From Gammaproteobacteria bacterium (lineage in GTDB: Bacteria > Pseudomonadota > Gammaproteobacteria > SZUA-140), in the NCBI GenBank assembly GCA_016218365.1, contig JACREF010000005.1, positions 130-64,129 on the forward strand: 64,000 bases of DNA, written 5' to 3'. The notes beneath the pieces are model-generated. The model worked only from the letters and a program-made list of their open reading frames with translations, searched no databases and was not told the DNA's origin. Positions 40,002-49,416 of the stretch are shown piece after piece. Both the position numbers and the translations under genes were made by a program. Positions within the stretch are counted from its first letter, which is position 1, and every line of letters starts with the position of its first letter.

Positions 40002-40427
40002 CTACTTCTGCGCCGCAGACGTGTTGCGCAGGCGCTCTTCCTGCGCACGAAGCTCCGGCGTCAGCGCGGCGCCAAAATCATCCGCTTCAAACACCTGGCG
40101 AAGTTCAATCTCCGAATCACCGCGCATTGGATTGGGGCAGCGCTTGAGCCATTCGATGGCTTCTTCCCTGGACTTCACCTGCCAGAGCCAGAAGCCGGCC
40201 ACCAGCTCCGTGGTCTCGCTGAAGGGTCCATCAATCACTGTACGCGTGCTCCCGGAGAAACGGACGCGCACGCCCCTGGAACTGGGATGGAGCCCTTCAC
40301 CGGCGAGCAGGATGCCGGCCTTGACGAGCTCCTCATTGTACTTGCCCATCTCGGTGAGGAGTTTGGTGTCCGGCATGATGCCCGCCTCAGAATCCTTGCT
40401 TGCCTTCACGATCACCATGAATCTCAT
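40002..40427 (-). CDS. YciI-family protein
   Basis: ~141 aa MRFMVIVKASKDSEAG... typical YCII-related fold signature. Confidence 0.75.
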   Translation of the reverse strand: MRFMVIVKASKDSEAGIMPDTKLLTEMGKYNEELVKAGILLAGEGLHPSSRGVRVRFSGSTRTVIDGPFSETTELVAGFWLWQVKSREEAIEWLKRCPNPMRGDSEIELRQVFEADDFGAALTPELRAQEERLRNTSAAQK

Positions 40428-40661
40428 GTGCATCTCCTTGTGATAGCGCTGCGCTGAAGCGTAGCGAATTCCATATACAGGCGCAAGCCGGCCGGCCGCT
40501 CCAGAGATCCTGGTCAGAGATCAAATATTACTAAGAAGGCACTGATTAATTCGTATTGTCGTGGTAATTTTTGAATTAATCAGCGTTTCCCTGATATTTA
40601 GAATCAATTCCACTCTGACCCGGTTTTACTTCATGGATTGCCACACTGAGCGTAATGCTGC

Positions 40662-41162
40662 ATGAACCAGACCGCTGACGTTGCCCGCCCGCGCTTTCTG
40701 TGCGATGTGATGCTCGCCGACCTGTGCCGTTATCTGCGCGCCGCAGGTTACGACACATTGCTCGCTGAAGCCGGTCGTCCCGATCGCGAGCTGCTGGCCC
40801 AGTGTCACGCGCAGCGTCGTTATTTGCTGACGCTCGACCGGCTGATCAACGACCACAAGGCCGCGAACAATGTTGCGGTGCTGCTGCCGCGTGGCGATCT
40901 CGACAACTATGCAGCGCTGCTGAGCGAACGCTTTGCCATCGACTGGCTTAAAGATGCCTTCAGCCGCTGCCTGCTCGACAACACGCCATTGATCGCGGCC
41001 GATGGCTCGGCGCTGGCACGCATGCCCGCGGATGCACGGCGAGCCGATGAGCCGGTCTATCAGTGCCCCCACTGTGGCCGGGTCTATTGGCAGGGCTCGC
41101 ACACCAAGCGGATGCGGACACGGCTGGCGCGCTGGCAGGCACATCCCCCCGATAATAATTAA
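40662..41162 (+). CDS. Mut7-C RNase domain protein (PIN-like N-terminus + C-terminal zinc ribbon)
   Basis: 166 aa; FLCDVMLADLCRYLRAAGYDT (PIN-like), C-terminal YQCPHCGRVYWQGSH zinc ribbon. Confidence 0.6.
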   Translation: MNQTADVARPRFLCDVMLADLCRYLRAAGYDTLLAEAGRPDRELLAQCHAQRRYLLTLDRLINDHKAANNVAVLLPRGDLDNYAALLSERFAIDWLKDAFSRCLLDNTPLIAADGSALARMPADARRADEPVYQCPHCGRVYWQGSHTKRMRTRLARWQAHPPDNN

Positions 41163-41253
41163 TCCCTATATGGTTAGCAGCAATCGTTCGTTGCCGGGCA
41201 AGATAAAATCATTACCATCGGAGGATTAATCCTTAACCTATGAGTGGAGTATC

Positions 41254-42462
41254 ATGAAGTCCAGGTTAGTGTTGTCCCTGCTGGCCACCGCCGGCGTCAT
41301 CGTCTCCGGCCCGGCCGCGGCCACCAACGGTTACTTCTCCCACGGCTATGGCATCAAGGCCAAGGGCATGGCCGGGGTCGGCATCGCACTGCCGCAGGAT
41401 GCGCTGGCGGCCGCGACCAATCCGGCCGGCATGGTGCTGGTCGGTGACCGCATCGATGTCGGTGCCGACTGGTTTGCACCGAACCGTGGCGCCACCGCAC
41501 CCCCGCTCGGCGCCATCGAAGGCAATGGTGTCAGCGGTTTCCTGATTCCTGAATTCGGTTACAACCGGGCGCTGAATGCGGACTCATCACTCGGCGTGTC
41601 GGTGTACGGCAATGGCGGCATGAACACCGAATATGCCATCACACCGTTTGGTCCTCCAGGCAGCGGCAAGGGTGGCATGAACATGTCACAGCTGTTCATC
41701 GCCCCGACCTATGCGCTGCAGCTCAATGACCAGCATGCGGTCGGTGTGGCGCTGAACCTCGCCTATCAACAGTTCAAGGCCTATGGCCTGCAGGGCTTCA
41801 TGGGCATGTCAGCTACACCGAGCGCGGTCACCAACAATAGCTATGACACCTCGACCGGCTGGGGGCTGCGGGTCGGCTGGACCGGCCAGCTGACGCCGGA
41901 TCTCACCGTCGGCGCGACCTATCAATCCATCACCCAGATGAGCACGTTCGACAAATATGCCGGGCTGTTTGCCGAACAGGGCGGCTTCGACATCCCGAGC
42001 AACTACGGGCTCGGCGTGAGCTACAAGATCAATGCCGCGACGACAGTGGCTGCCGATGTCCAGGCCATCCAGTACAGCGACGTGGCGTCGGTCAACAACC
42101 CGATGATCAGTCCGGGACAACTCGGCGATGCCAACGGCCCGGGCTTTGGCTGGCAGGACATGACAGTGATCAAGCTGGCACTGACCCATCAATATGACAA
42201 TGGCCTACTGCTGCGCGCCGGTTACAGCACCAACGAGCAGCCGATCCCCAGCGATGAAACGATGTTCAACGTCATCGCCCCGGGCGTGGTGCAGGATCAC
42301 CTGACCTTGGGCGCGACCTGGACGCTGGCCAACCAGGCCGAGCTGTCGGTCAGCTATATGCATGCCTTCGAACATAAGGTGACCGGCAGCGGCGCGGCCG
42401 CCGGTTATGATCTGCATATGTACGAAGACTCGATCGGCGTCGCCTACGGCTGGAAATTGTAA
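41254..42462 (+). CDS. FadL/OmpP1/TodX-family outer-membrane hydrophobic-compound transport protein
   Basis: 402 aa, signal peptide, N-terminal NGYFSHGYGIKAKGMAGVG hatch motif, beta-barrel periodicity. Confidence 0.85.
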   Translation: MKSRLVLSLLATAGVIVSGPAAATNGYFSHGYGIKAKGMAGVGIALPQDALAAATNPAGMVLVGDRIDVGADWFAPNRGATAPPLGAIEGNGVSGFLIPEFGYNRALNADSSLGVSVYGNGGMNTEYAITPFGPPGSGKGGMNMSQLFIAPTYALQLNDQHAVGVALNLAYQQFKAYGLQGFMGMSATPSAVTNNSYDTSTGWGLRVGWTGQLTPDLTVGATYQSITQMSTFDKYAGLFAEQGGFDIPSNYGLGVSYKINAATTVAADVQAIQYSDVASVNNPMISPGQLGDANGPGFGWQDMTVIKLALTHQYDNGLLLRAGYSTNEQPIPSDETMFNVIAPGVVQDHLTLGATWTLANQAELSVSYMHAFEHKVTGSGAAAGYDLHMYEDSIGVAYGWKL

Positions 42463-42554
42463 GCAAACTGCAGGATCAGCCTGTGATCAGCGATGCCTGT
42501 AACCGATCAGACCAAGCAGCGGCTGCTCACATCAATCACCATCGTACCGATCAT

Positions 42555-42745
42555 CAGCAGTAAAAACTCTTCTCTATACTGGTGAGATAGAGTTTTTACT
42601 CTGACCAGAATGGCACTTACTTAAGGAGGTAGCCGGCGGGTAGCCTGGGTTGAGCGACAGTGAAACCCGGGTTTCACTCCGTTCAACCCAGGCTACCTCC
42701 TATCAAAAACGCTTAAGTAAGTACCATTCTACTCTGATCACAAAC
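42555..42745. mobile_element. MITE-like element family 1 (copy 2), with full ~120-nt palindrome GAATGGCACTTACTTAAGGAGGTAGCC...GGCTACCTCC...CTTAAGTAAGTACCATTC
   Basis: Direct reading. Confidence 0.7.
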
Positions 42746-42747
42746 AA

Positions 42748-43074
42748 CTACGCCCCGGGCGGCTGGTAGGCGATCGCCTGCGCGCGGCCAAGCGCGCTTA
42801 AGGTCTCCTCGACTGTCAGCAGCGGCGTCGTCTCGAATTTCGACAATGCGCCACCGCCTCCGATCGAGATTGCGACTGCGGCCATCGAGACATTGTCAGG
42901 CGCTTCCCAGAGGGTGTAGCCATCGTAGGTGCCGAATGCGTACCAGAAGCCGTGCAGCTTTCCGCCGACCGACTCGATGTACGTGCGTGCCGCCGCGCGG
43001 CGGTCTTCGGGTTTCTTCGTCAAACGGCTCCAGGTCTCAGGGGTATAGCTGAAGCGAGTTAAATAGAAAGCCAT
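42748..43074 (-). CDS. GYD-domain protein
   Basis: 108 aa; MAFYLTRFSYTPETWSRL...GGKLHGFWYAFGTYDGYTLWEAPD is the GYD family signature. Confidence 0.85.
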   Translation of the reverse strand: MAFYLTRFSYTPETWSRLTKKPEDRRAAARTYIESVGGKLHGFWYAFGTYDGYTLWEAPDNVSMAAVAISIGGGGALSKFETTPLLTVEETLSALGRAQAIAYQPPGA

Positions 43075-43189
43075 GGCAGCAATCCTCCTTCCGGTGTGCG
43101 CGATGTTTGCGCTATGGTGTTATCCATTACTCTGCCAGCGCAGACATGATGCAGAGCGGCTTGAGTTTCAAATTCATGCGGCGGCGACA

Positions 43190-43978
43190 TCAATCCTTCG
43201 TCGCAACCAGTGAGATGCTCTTCACGCCATATTTTCGCGCCGCACCCTGGGCGTTCTCTGAAATGAACAGGTACTGCGGGTTGTCCCTCAATTTCGTCAC
43301 GCGCAACCCCGCCGCCTCGATCGCCGAGGTGTAATCACCGATCTGCATCGCGCCCCCGATGCACGCGGCCCACAGCGTCGCGTCGCAGGTGATGCCTTCA
43401 GGCAGCGGCGCTTCAGTGACGATGTCGGCGAGGGCAAGCCGCCCGCCCGGCTTGAGCAGGCGCGCGGCCTCGCGGAAGACCGTCCTTTTGTCCGGTACGA
43501 GATTAATCACGCCGTTGCTGATGACCGCATCGCACGACGCGTCAGCAAGCCCGGTCGCGTCGATGTAGCCCTTGCGGTAGGTGATGTTGCCGAGTCCCGC
43601 GGCGGCACGCAGGCGTTCCGATTTGGCGAGCTGTTCATCGGTCATGTCGACGCCGATTACGGTGCCCGTCTTGCCGACCTTGCCGGCGGCGATGAAGCTG
43701 TCCGTCCCCGACCCGCTGCCCAGATCGACCACCGTCTCGCCCGGCTTCAGATGAGCGAGGTCAAAGTAATAGCCCACACCCGCAAACGAGGCGATGGCTG
43801 CACTCGGGATGGCATCGAGGTCGGCGGGCACATAGCCAAGCCGCTCCGCGAGCGCACGGCCCATTTCGAAGTGGAACTCGCCAAGCGGATCGAGGGCCAC
43901 ATCGCGATACATCGCCTTGACCTTCTGCTCGAGCGCGGCTGTGTCGACGCGCTTTGCGTGTACTGTTGCAGTATCCAT
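43190..43978 (-). CDS. ArsM-like class I SAM-dependent methyltransferase (Methyltransf_31)
   Basis: [13 protein letters not shown] motif I, conserved Cys residues (ASCD, TCD) as in arsenite methyltransferases; probable start MDTATV. Confidence 0.7.
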   Translation of the reverse strand: MDTATVHAKRVDTAALEQKVKAMYRDVALDPLGEFHFEMGRALAERLGYVPADLDAIPSAAIASFAGVGYYFDLAHLKPGETVVDLGSGSGTDSFIAAGKVGKTGTVIGVDMTDEQLAKSERLRAAAGLGNITYRKGYIDATGLADASCDAVISNGVINLVPDKRTVFREAARLLKPGGRLALADIVTEAPLPEGITCDATLWAACIGGAMQIGDYTSAIEAAGLRVTKLRDNPQYLFISENAQGAARKYGVKSISLVATKD

Positions 43979-44239
43979 TTTGATTCCTCCCATCGGTGGT
44001 GGAGCCCGTAAGAGATTATAGTGCGAGCATCGGCTCCGATACGCTCACCGAACATTGCGCTTGAGGCAGGCGTGTTGCAACGCACCACACGTCACTCTCG
44101 AAGCGCTTGATAGGCGCCTGCATAGGCTTACAGATGTGAAAGTGCATTTTGCACAACCTGAGCCACAGATTCTTCACGTAAAACCTTCCGCTTGCAATAC
44201 CTTGACTGAAGCCACTCTTTTGGTTACTTAGAATCAAAA

Positions 44240-44318
44240 GATATCAAAAGGGGCGGATTCTATTGAAATGATAGATACTCACCAGCCCTGGGTATACGAT
44301 TTCAATCGAATCTGACCC
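44240..44318. repeat. 78-bp direct repeat copy A (AAGATATCAAAAGGGGCGGATTCTATTGAAATGATAGATACTCACCAGCCCTGGGTATACGATTTCAATCGAATCTGACCC), left boundary of low-GC island
   Basis: ~95% identical copy at ~49340-49416; internal 14-bp inverted arms GATTCTATTGAAAT / ATTTCAATCGAATC. Confidence 0.8.
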
Positions 44319-44319
44319 T

Positions 44320-44405
44320 TTTGCTCTTTTCGTCCTGACCCTTTTGCTCTTTTCGTCCCGATTATTCGTCTCCCGATTACGCGTCCCGATTACGCCCGCC
44401 GCGAT
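44320..44405. repeat. Short tandem repeats: 2x CCCTTTTGCTCTTTTCGTCC then ~4x CCCGATTACGC(G) units
   Basis: Direct reading immediately inside island boundary. Confidence 0.7.
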
Positions 44406-44418
44406 TACGCCGCGTTCC

Positions 44419-44862
44419 TTAATAAATACTCTTGGCAGCCTTCTTCTTTGGCGACTCAATATTCGCACGCGAAGGATCATGGAAAAAGTGCTGGCAGTGC
44501 ATGCATCGCCAACCGGTAATTTCATTCTTGAGCGGAGTAACGATCTTTGTTGCTCGGCACTTTGCACAGTATCTGAGCGCAGTGAAGTGACTTACCCATG
44601 TTCCTGTCGGTTCATCCCATTGGAGCCAAGGGCGCTGAAGGAACAAGAATGCAAATAGAACCAAGCACAGCGACAGCAATAGTGCCAATAGTTTTAGGAC
44701 TGTCGTTGGCTGTTGTGCTTCCAGGGATGCCAATCGTGGCGCCAGGCTATCTTGGAGAAGCAGCACAATTCCTGGCGGTGTCGTGGCTAATAGAATCAGC
44801 GCTAGTGGCAACCACCACTTTTTTAGAAATTCACCAAGGGGCATCATTTGGGACCCTAACAC
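44419..44862 (-). CDS. Hypothetical membrane protein with C-terminal CxxC...CxxC zinc-ribbon (island cargo)
   Basis: 147 aa; two hydrophobic helices then ...YCAKCRATKIV...WRCMHCQHFFHD; low-GC codon usage distinct from flanks. Confidence 0.4.
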   Translation of the reverse strand: MLGSQMMPLGEFLKKWWLPLALILLATTPPGIVLLLQDSLAPRLASLEAQQPTTVLKLLALLLSLCLVLFAFLFLQRPWLQWDEPTGTWVSHFTALRYCAKCRATKIVTPLKNEITGWRCMHCQHFFHDPSRANIESPKKKAAKSIY

Positions 44863-44925
44863 GTTTGAGTTCAGCGGCGCGCCGCTTTTTGGCGCGTCCG
44901 CTGGAACGATTTGTTAGCGGCATTT

Positions 44926-45663
44926 TCACCGAAGTCTCGCGGCCTCTGCGGCAACGTGGCCAGCCAGAGCCGTGACAAATGTTCTGAGTCCTGTCATCGC
45001 CGACATCTCTGAAAACTCACCACTCTCAGCAGAACTGCGGGGCGACGTGATGAGGGCGGCAGTGGTGTAAAGCTGTTCCTTTACCAATTTCTGACAGAGT
45101 AAGTCATACCGGATGAGGTACGACGCCCCCTTAAACTCCTTGAAAACAGGAAAGTGCGGTGACGAATCCCTAACCGCACATCTGGATTTTGGGGCATCCT
45201 CAACCATCATCAACCAGCCAACGAAAGGGCGTGGTTGTTTGCCAAATGCCTCTTCACGGTAGGCTGTCCAGAGATCGTGCGCGGTGCCAATGGCTTCCTC
45301 GGTTCGATTGTTGAAGTTGTTCCCGAACGAGCCAACTTGGCTTTTCAGCTCGATGGCCGCGATCAACTCGCCTTTGTAGATGACAAGAAGATCCCAGAGC
45401 TTTGTCGGCCTGAAGTAGCCGGGCAGTGTCAGCATCGCCCTGTTCCGATGAATCTCGGCATGGGCAAGTCCATTGGCCCGCACGATGTCGAGTACCAAAG
45501 CCAGGAATCCGTCCATGTTCTTGCCAGCGGTAACACCAGCGCGCTCACCTTGGTCAGCCTTCCCGGACTCAATCTGCTTTTGTCTCGCTGCTTCCCGGTT
45601 TCCCCAGAAGGCTTTTACAGCCTCATGTGCCTTCTGTTCGTAATCGACAAGATCAAGCGCCAT
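44926..45663 (-). CDS. Type II restriction endonuclease, XhoI/PaeR7I-like
   Basis: 245 aa (R.PaeR7I is 246 aa), start overlaps stop of upstream N6A-MTase gene as in the PaeR7I R-M operon (M then R); family assignment by recollection of fold/size, not by alignment. Confidence 0.5.
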   Translation of the reverse strand: MALDLVDYEQKAHEAVKAFWGNREAARQKQIESGKADQGERAGVTAGKNMDGFLALVLDIVRANGLAHAEIHRNRAMLTLPGYFRPTKLWDLLVIYKGELIAAIELKSQVGSFGNNFNNRTEEAIGTAHDLWTAYREEAFGKQPRPFVGWLMMVEDAPKSRCAVRDSSPHFPVFKEFKGASYLIRYDLLCQKLVKEQLYTTAALITSPRSSAESGEFSEMSAMTGLRTFVTALAGHVAAEAARLR

Positions 45664-47403
45664 TTATTCTCCGTTGCCTCCAAGGGAGGATCGTTCTTCG
45701 TTGCTAAGTCCAAATAGTTTAAATACTGCGCGATTGCAGGCTTGCAAATCTCTCTTTTTTGCAGCGTCCGCTAGCTCCGTCCGCAACTTTGTCGAGACAT
45801 CCGCCCATTGCGGAATGCGGATGCGACGTAGGTATTGCGCCTGAAACCGGAGGAATCCGCCGCGCATTTTGGTTGAGTAGGTCGTCATGAATAGACGTGT
45901 AACGGCTGAAAGCATCACAGCTTGTAATGCCCTCAAGTCCCACTCGTCGGACGTGACATAGTAAAGGTTGTGGTGCGGGTACAGCTCCCCACCCTCAAAA
46001 ACTATATGGGCCTCGCCCTTGATGTCGGGAATCAGGAGCTTCGGCCTCGATGCCAGCTCTGGAGTAATACGGTCGATCGTGCGATACCAGTTGGCCGGGG
46101 TCTTCTGGGCGCAGTGACGACCCACGATAACCTCTCGTCGCACCTCCAAATAGCGGAGCAGGCGCGGATAGTTCCGTAACTCGACAAGACCGCCACCCTC
46201 GGCAAATGGATTGATTACGCCTTGGCCGTGCCATTGCACCTCGCCGGACATAATGTCTTTCGTTGTAACCAGCGGCAGTTTGCGATCAGACTCCACGTCG
46301 AGTGCGTCAAAGTCGCCGATATATGCCTTATCCGCGCCAGTTGCTACGCCGATACCCACCTTGCAGCCCACCTCTTCCAATCTAGGGAATTGTTTTTCAA
46401 GGCGGCGAATCAGCGCCATCTGATCCGACGATTCAAGCAACCACGGCTCCGACCCATTGGTGACTCGTGCCAGTTCGCGCACCGGCCCGGGTTCTTTCGG
46501 CAGGCTCCGCGCACGTAGCGTGTCGGCCAAGATCGCCAGCGTGGCCTGGTCGATGGTAGGGCGATGAGCAATGCGCGTCGCACCGGGTGTATCCCTGCTG
46601 ATGACGGTGATGGCCGGATAGGCGATCACCTCGGAGTGGAACGCTGGGGTGTCCATCATATCGACGTAGATTTTCAGGTGGAACTGCTCAGCCACGAGAC
46701 TGCGAAGCGGACCACCGTAACGGTTTTTCATCCAGCGATCTGCGCAAATAAAGCCCAAGCTGCCGCCTTGTTTGAGCACCATTAACGACCGCTCGATGAA
46801 CGGAATGTAGATGTCGGCCCGGTCATACATCGTCTGGTAGCGGCTACGGTACTCGGCCAGCAACGGTGTTGGAATCAGCTCTTGGCGAACATAGGGAGGG
46901 TTCCCTACAACAAAGTCGAATTGCCCTTCAAGTGGTGCAAGAAGGAAATCCCCCTGCACAAGCCAACGATCAGCAAGAGCTACTGCGGATTGATCCCCTA
47001 TCTCATCTTGCTTGAGCCGCTCGATCACGGCTGCGCGGGTGGTAGAAAAGGTCTTGCGATGCAGTTCAACAGCGCGAATTGCGTCGCCTAACTCTTCAAC
47101 TACAGTTCCTGCGTGTTGCGATGACCTCCATGCTGCCAGCAGTCGCCCGATTGCTGGTAATAGAAAGTCACCCCCACCGAATGAAGGTTCTAAAAGTCGT
47201 TTTTCATGGAGCGGTTGATCCTCCGTGTAGCCAGCCAAATCGAGGATGAAATCCACCACCTCGGTGCGTGTAAAGATTGCCCCGCGAGATTCGGCTCCTG
47301 CTGCTGTAGACAATTTTTCAATCGCAGCAGCGACCATAGGCGAATGTGTGCAAACCGAATCACCAAATAAATCAAAATTAAGCTGCCTTGATGCCAAGTT
47401 CAT
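45664..47403 (-). CDS. Type II N6-adenine DNA methyltransferase (gamma class, Eco57I/PaeR7I-M-like)
   Basis: 579 aa; catalytic motif [13 protein letters not shown], motif I region [12 protein letters not shown]; upstream partner of the endonuclease. Confidence 0.8.
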   Translation of the reverse strand: MNLASRQLNFDLFGDSVCTHSPMVAAAIEKLSTAAGAESRGAIFTRTEVVDFILDLAGYTEDQPLHEKRLLEPSFGGGDFLLPAIGRLLAAWRSSQHAGTVVEELGDAIRAVELHRKTFSTTRAAVIERLKQDEIGDQSAVALADRWLVQGDFLLAPLEGQFDFVVGNPPYVRQELIPTPLLAEYRSRYQTMYDRADIYIPFIERSLMVLKQGGSLGFICADRWMKNRYGGPLRSLVAEQFHLKIYVDMMDTPAFHSEVIAYPAITVISRDTPGATRIAHRPTIDQATLAILADTLRARSLPKEPGPVRELARVTNGSEPWLLESSDQMALIRRLEKQFPRLEEVGCKVGIGVATGADKAYIGDFDALDVESDRKLPLVTTKDIMSGEVQWHGQGVINPFAEGGGLVELRNYPRLLRYLEVRREVIVGRHCAQKTPANWYRTIDRITPELASRPKLLIPDIKGEAHIVFEGGELYPHHNLYYVTSDEWDLRALQAVMLSAVTRLFMTTYSTKMRGGFLRFQAQYLRRIRIPQWADVSTKLRTELADAAKKRDLQACNRAVFKLFGLSNEERSSLGGNGE

Positions 47404-47458
47404 ATTCCTATTTGATCTGTGCTTATTGCTCGACTAGCCGCTAACGTAAATTAGCTGG

Positions 47459-47857
47459 CTACGCACCATCTACGGCTTTCTTTATTGCGTCAAAGGTGAA
47501 GGACATGGCCCATTTCGCGCCGACATTTAGCAAACCTGAAGGTGTGGTATTTTGAGAATCCGTTTTTACAGCAACGATCTTCCTCTTGAGTTCGACAGCC
47601 TTGCTAATCTCCCAGGCAACCCATTTACTTATATTGGTTTTTTTCCCAACGATACACAGAAAATACGTCGCATTATTTATCTTCGCGGAGATGGCCCGCT
47701 TTATTGCAGCAGCATCCGTGCTGTCAATCGAAACGTCTGCTGAATGATCGGTGAAACCAAAGTCAAACTCTTTGTTGGCATCCCATGCCAGCAGCATGTT
47801 TTTGTAGTTCCGGTCGTTATCGTAATCGTAGCTAATGAATATCGTTTTCTTAGCCAT
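47459..47857 (-). CDS. TIR-like domain protein (DUF1863/MTH538-type)
   Basis: 132 aa; MAKKTIFISYDYDND...AIKRAISAKINNATYFLCIVGKKTNISKWVAWEI pattern of DUF1863 TIR-like domains; overlaps preceding SLATT gene by ~8 nt. Confidence 0.6.
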   Translation of the reverse strand: MAKKTIFISYDYDNDRNYKNMLLAWDANKEFDFGFTDHSADVSIDSTDAAAIKRAISAKINNATYFLCIVGKKTNISKWVAWEISKAVELKRKIVAVKTDSQNTTPSGLLNVGAKWAMSFTFDAIKKAVDGA

Positions 47858-48341
47858 GTTGTTTCTCTTTTTCGTTAGTGATATGTGCCCAAGTTGTGTT
47901 TTCTTTCGAAATTACGCCTTCCACGCGCTCGACGAGCGCGTGGAAGGCGTCATCTTCGTTATATGGCGATGTCTTTGTCATATAGAGGAATTTCTCGTGC
48001 TTGAGCGTTTCCGCCACCGTTCGGTACTCAATCCAGTTCTCTTGGAATTTATATAAGGTCACCAGACCGGAGATCACAGCAACGCAAACCGCTATTACGC
48101 CAACAATACCCTTGAGGTAATGCGTGTCGTTAGTGATTTCACTTACAAAAAACGGGATGCTCATTGCAAACACAATCTCAAGTACGCGGAGCCCTCTAAA
48201 CCATTTCTGGTTCCATTGACTCTTCTGTCCGTACCAGGCAATTTGATCATCGAGCCGATCTCGAATGTACTCTTCTGGTGACATGCGTACTCCTGTTGTT
48301 TTGCCGCTAACAGTATTTAGACGGCCGCCGCCTAGCATCAA
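47850..48341 (-). CDS. SLATT-domain protein (DUF4231, predicted 2-TM membrane effector)
   Basis: 163 aa; MSPEEYIRDRLDDQIAWYGQKSQWNQKWF, two TM helices (VLEIVFAMSIPFFV / IVGVIAVCVAVISGLV), ...YRTVAETLKHEKFLYMT; start may be internal M (MSPEEY). Confidence 0.6.
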   Translation of the reverse strand: MMLGGGRLNTVSGKTTGVRMSPEEYIRDRLDDQIAWYGQKSQWNQKWFRGLRVLEIVFAMSIPFFVSEITNDTHYLKGIVGVIAVCVAVISGLVTLYKFQENWIEYRTVAETLKHEKFLYMTKTSPYNEDDAFHALVERVEGVISKENTTWAHITNEKEKQHG

Positions 48342-48577
48342 CCGATTTGTTGTTGATCACTTATATGTCCAGCGTATAGAAGAGCGCAGTATGGCGCAAG
48401 ATCCCGGAGGAACATGGCATCTTCGCAGCGGGACATTGAGCGGCGTCACGACATGATAGGCCGCCAGCATGGCATAAACCTGCCAACTGGACTCCCGCTG
48501 CAGCCTGCCCTCGACCTCGATCGGGGGCGGGAATGACTCCTGGAGAGCGAGGCAATAACGGCAACGGGCTAATCCCT

Positions 48578-49340
48578 TTATCGGTCACGGCGCAGCCGGC
48601 CCAGCCCTTCCAGCAGCCGGTCGATACGGCCCCACAGCTGTTCACGCAACCGCGCAGCCAGCCCGCGCTGATGCCAGTCTGGATAGCGGATCTCGATGCA
48701 GTCACGCAGATCACCGTCGATGACCGCACAAACTTGGTCGGCGAACGGCTGATCATCGATCTCCTGATTGGCCTCCAGATTCCAGTGCAAGTTCCAGCGG
48801 TCGAAGTTGCTGGAGCCGATCGACACCCAGTCATCGCAGATCACCGCCTTGGCATGCATGAAGCGCGGCTGATATTCAAACACCCGCACGCCGGCACGCA
48901 GCAGCGGGCTGTAGAAGCGCCGCCCGGCATGGGCGATTGCTGGGTGGTCGCTGACCGGGCCGGGCAGCAGCAACCGGACATCGACACCGCGCTGCGCCGC
49001 CTGCCGCAATGCGCGCAGCGTGCGCCGGGATGGCACGAAATAGGCGGTCATCAGCCAGATGCGGCGCTCCGCGCCTTGCAGCCGGTAGTACAATGAACGG
49101 CGGATGTCCTGCACCCGCAACGCGACCGTTGACGCCATCGGTGACGGTTGCATCTGTGATATTGATACTTGAGTCAATCGGCGTGATCGGGCTGCGGTGC
49201 TGCTCGCGCCACACCTGCATGAACAGCGCCTGCCAGTCGACCAGCACTGCGCCTTCGATGCTGAGCATGTGCTCGCGCCAGCTGCGTTGCGGCCGGCGCG
49301 GGTGGTCAAAGTCATCGCTGAGGCCGGCGCCGCCGACAAG
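48578..49340 (-). pseudogene. 3' fragment of cardiolipin-synthase-like phospholipase D gene (second HKD domain intact, upstream part frameshifted, N-terminus missing)
   Basis: C-terminal FMHAKAVICDDWVSIGSSNFDRWNLHWNLEAN HKD motif in ORF 48578..49369; preceding cls-like segment IEGAVLVDWQALFMQVWREQ lies in a different frame (ORF 48876..49268); no first HKD; abuts repeat B. Confidence 0.6.
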
Positions 49341-49416
49341 ATATCAAAAGGGGCGGATTCTATTGACATGAGAGATACTCACCAGCCCTGGGTACGATTT
49401 CAATCGAATCTGACCC
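49340..49416. repeat. 78-bp direct repeat copy B, right boundary of low-GC island
   Basis: AAGATATCAAAAGGGGCGGATTCTATTGACATGAGAGATACTCACCAGCCCTGGGTACGATTTCAATCGAATCTGACCC. Confidence 0.8.

Noticed and set aside
44016-44237. 73-aa ORF between arsM-like gene and repeat A as continuation of ugd or an integrase remnant
   Set aside because: Translated all three minus frames; none resembles Ugd downstream sequence or a recombinase; likely non-coding
48578-49369. PLD-family ORF in the island as a defence nuclease effector
   Set aside because: Sequence resembles cardiolipin synthase C-terminal HKD domain, not Nuc-type nucleases, and it is an N-terminally truncated, frameshifted fragment
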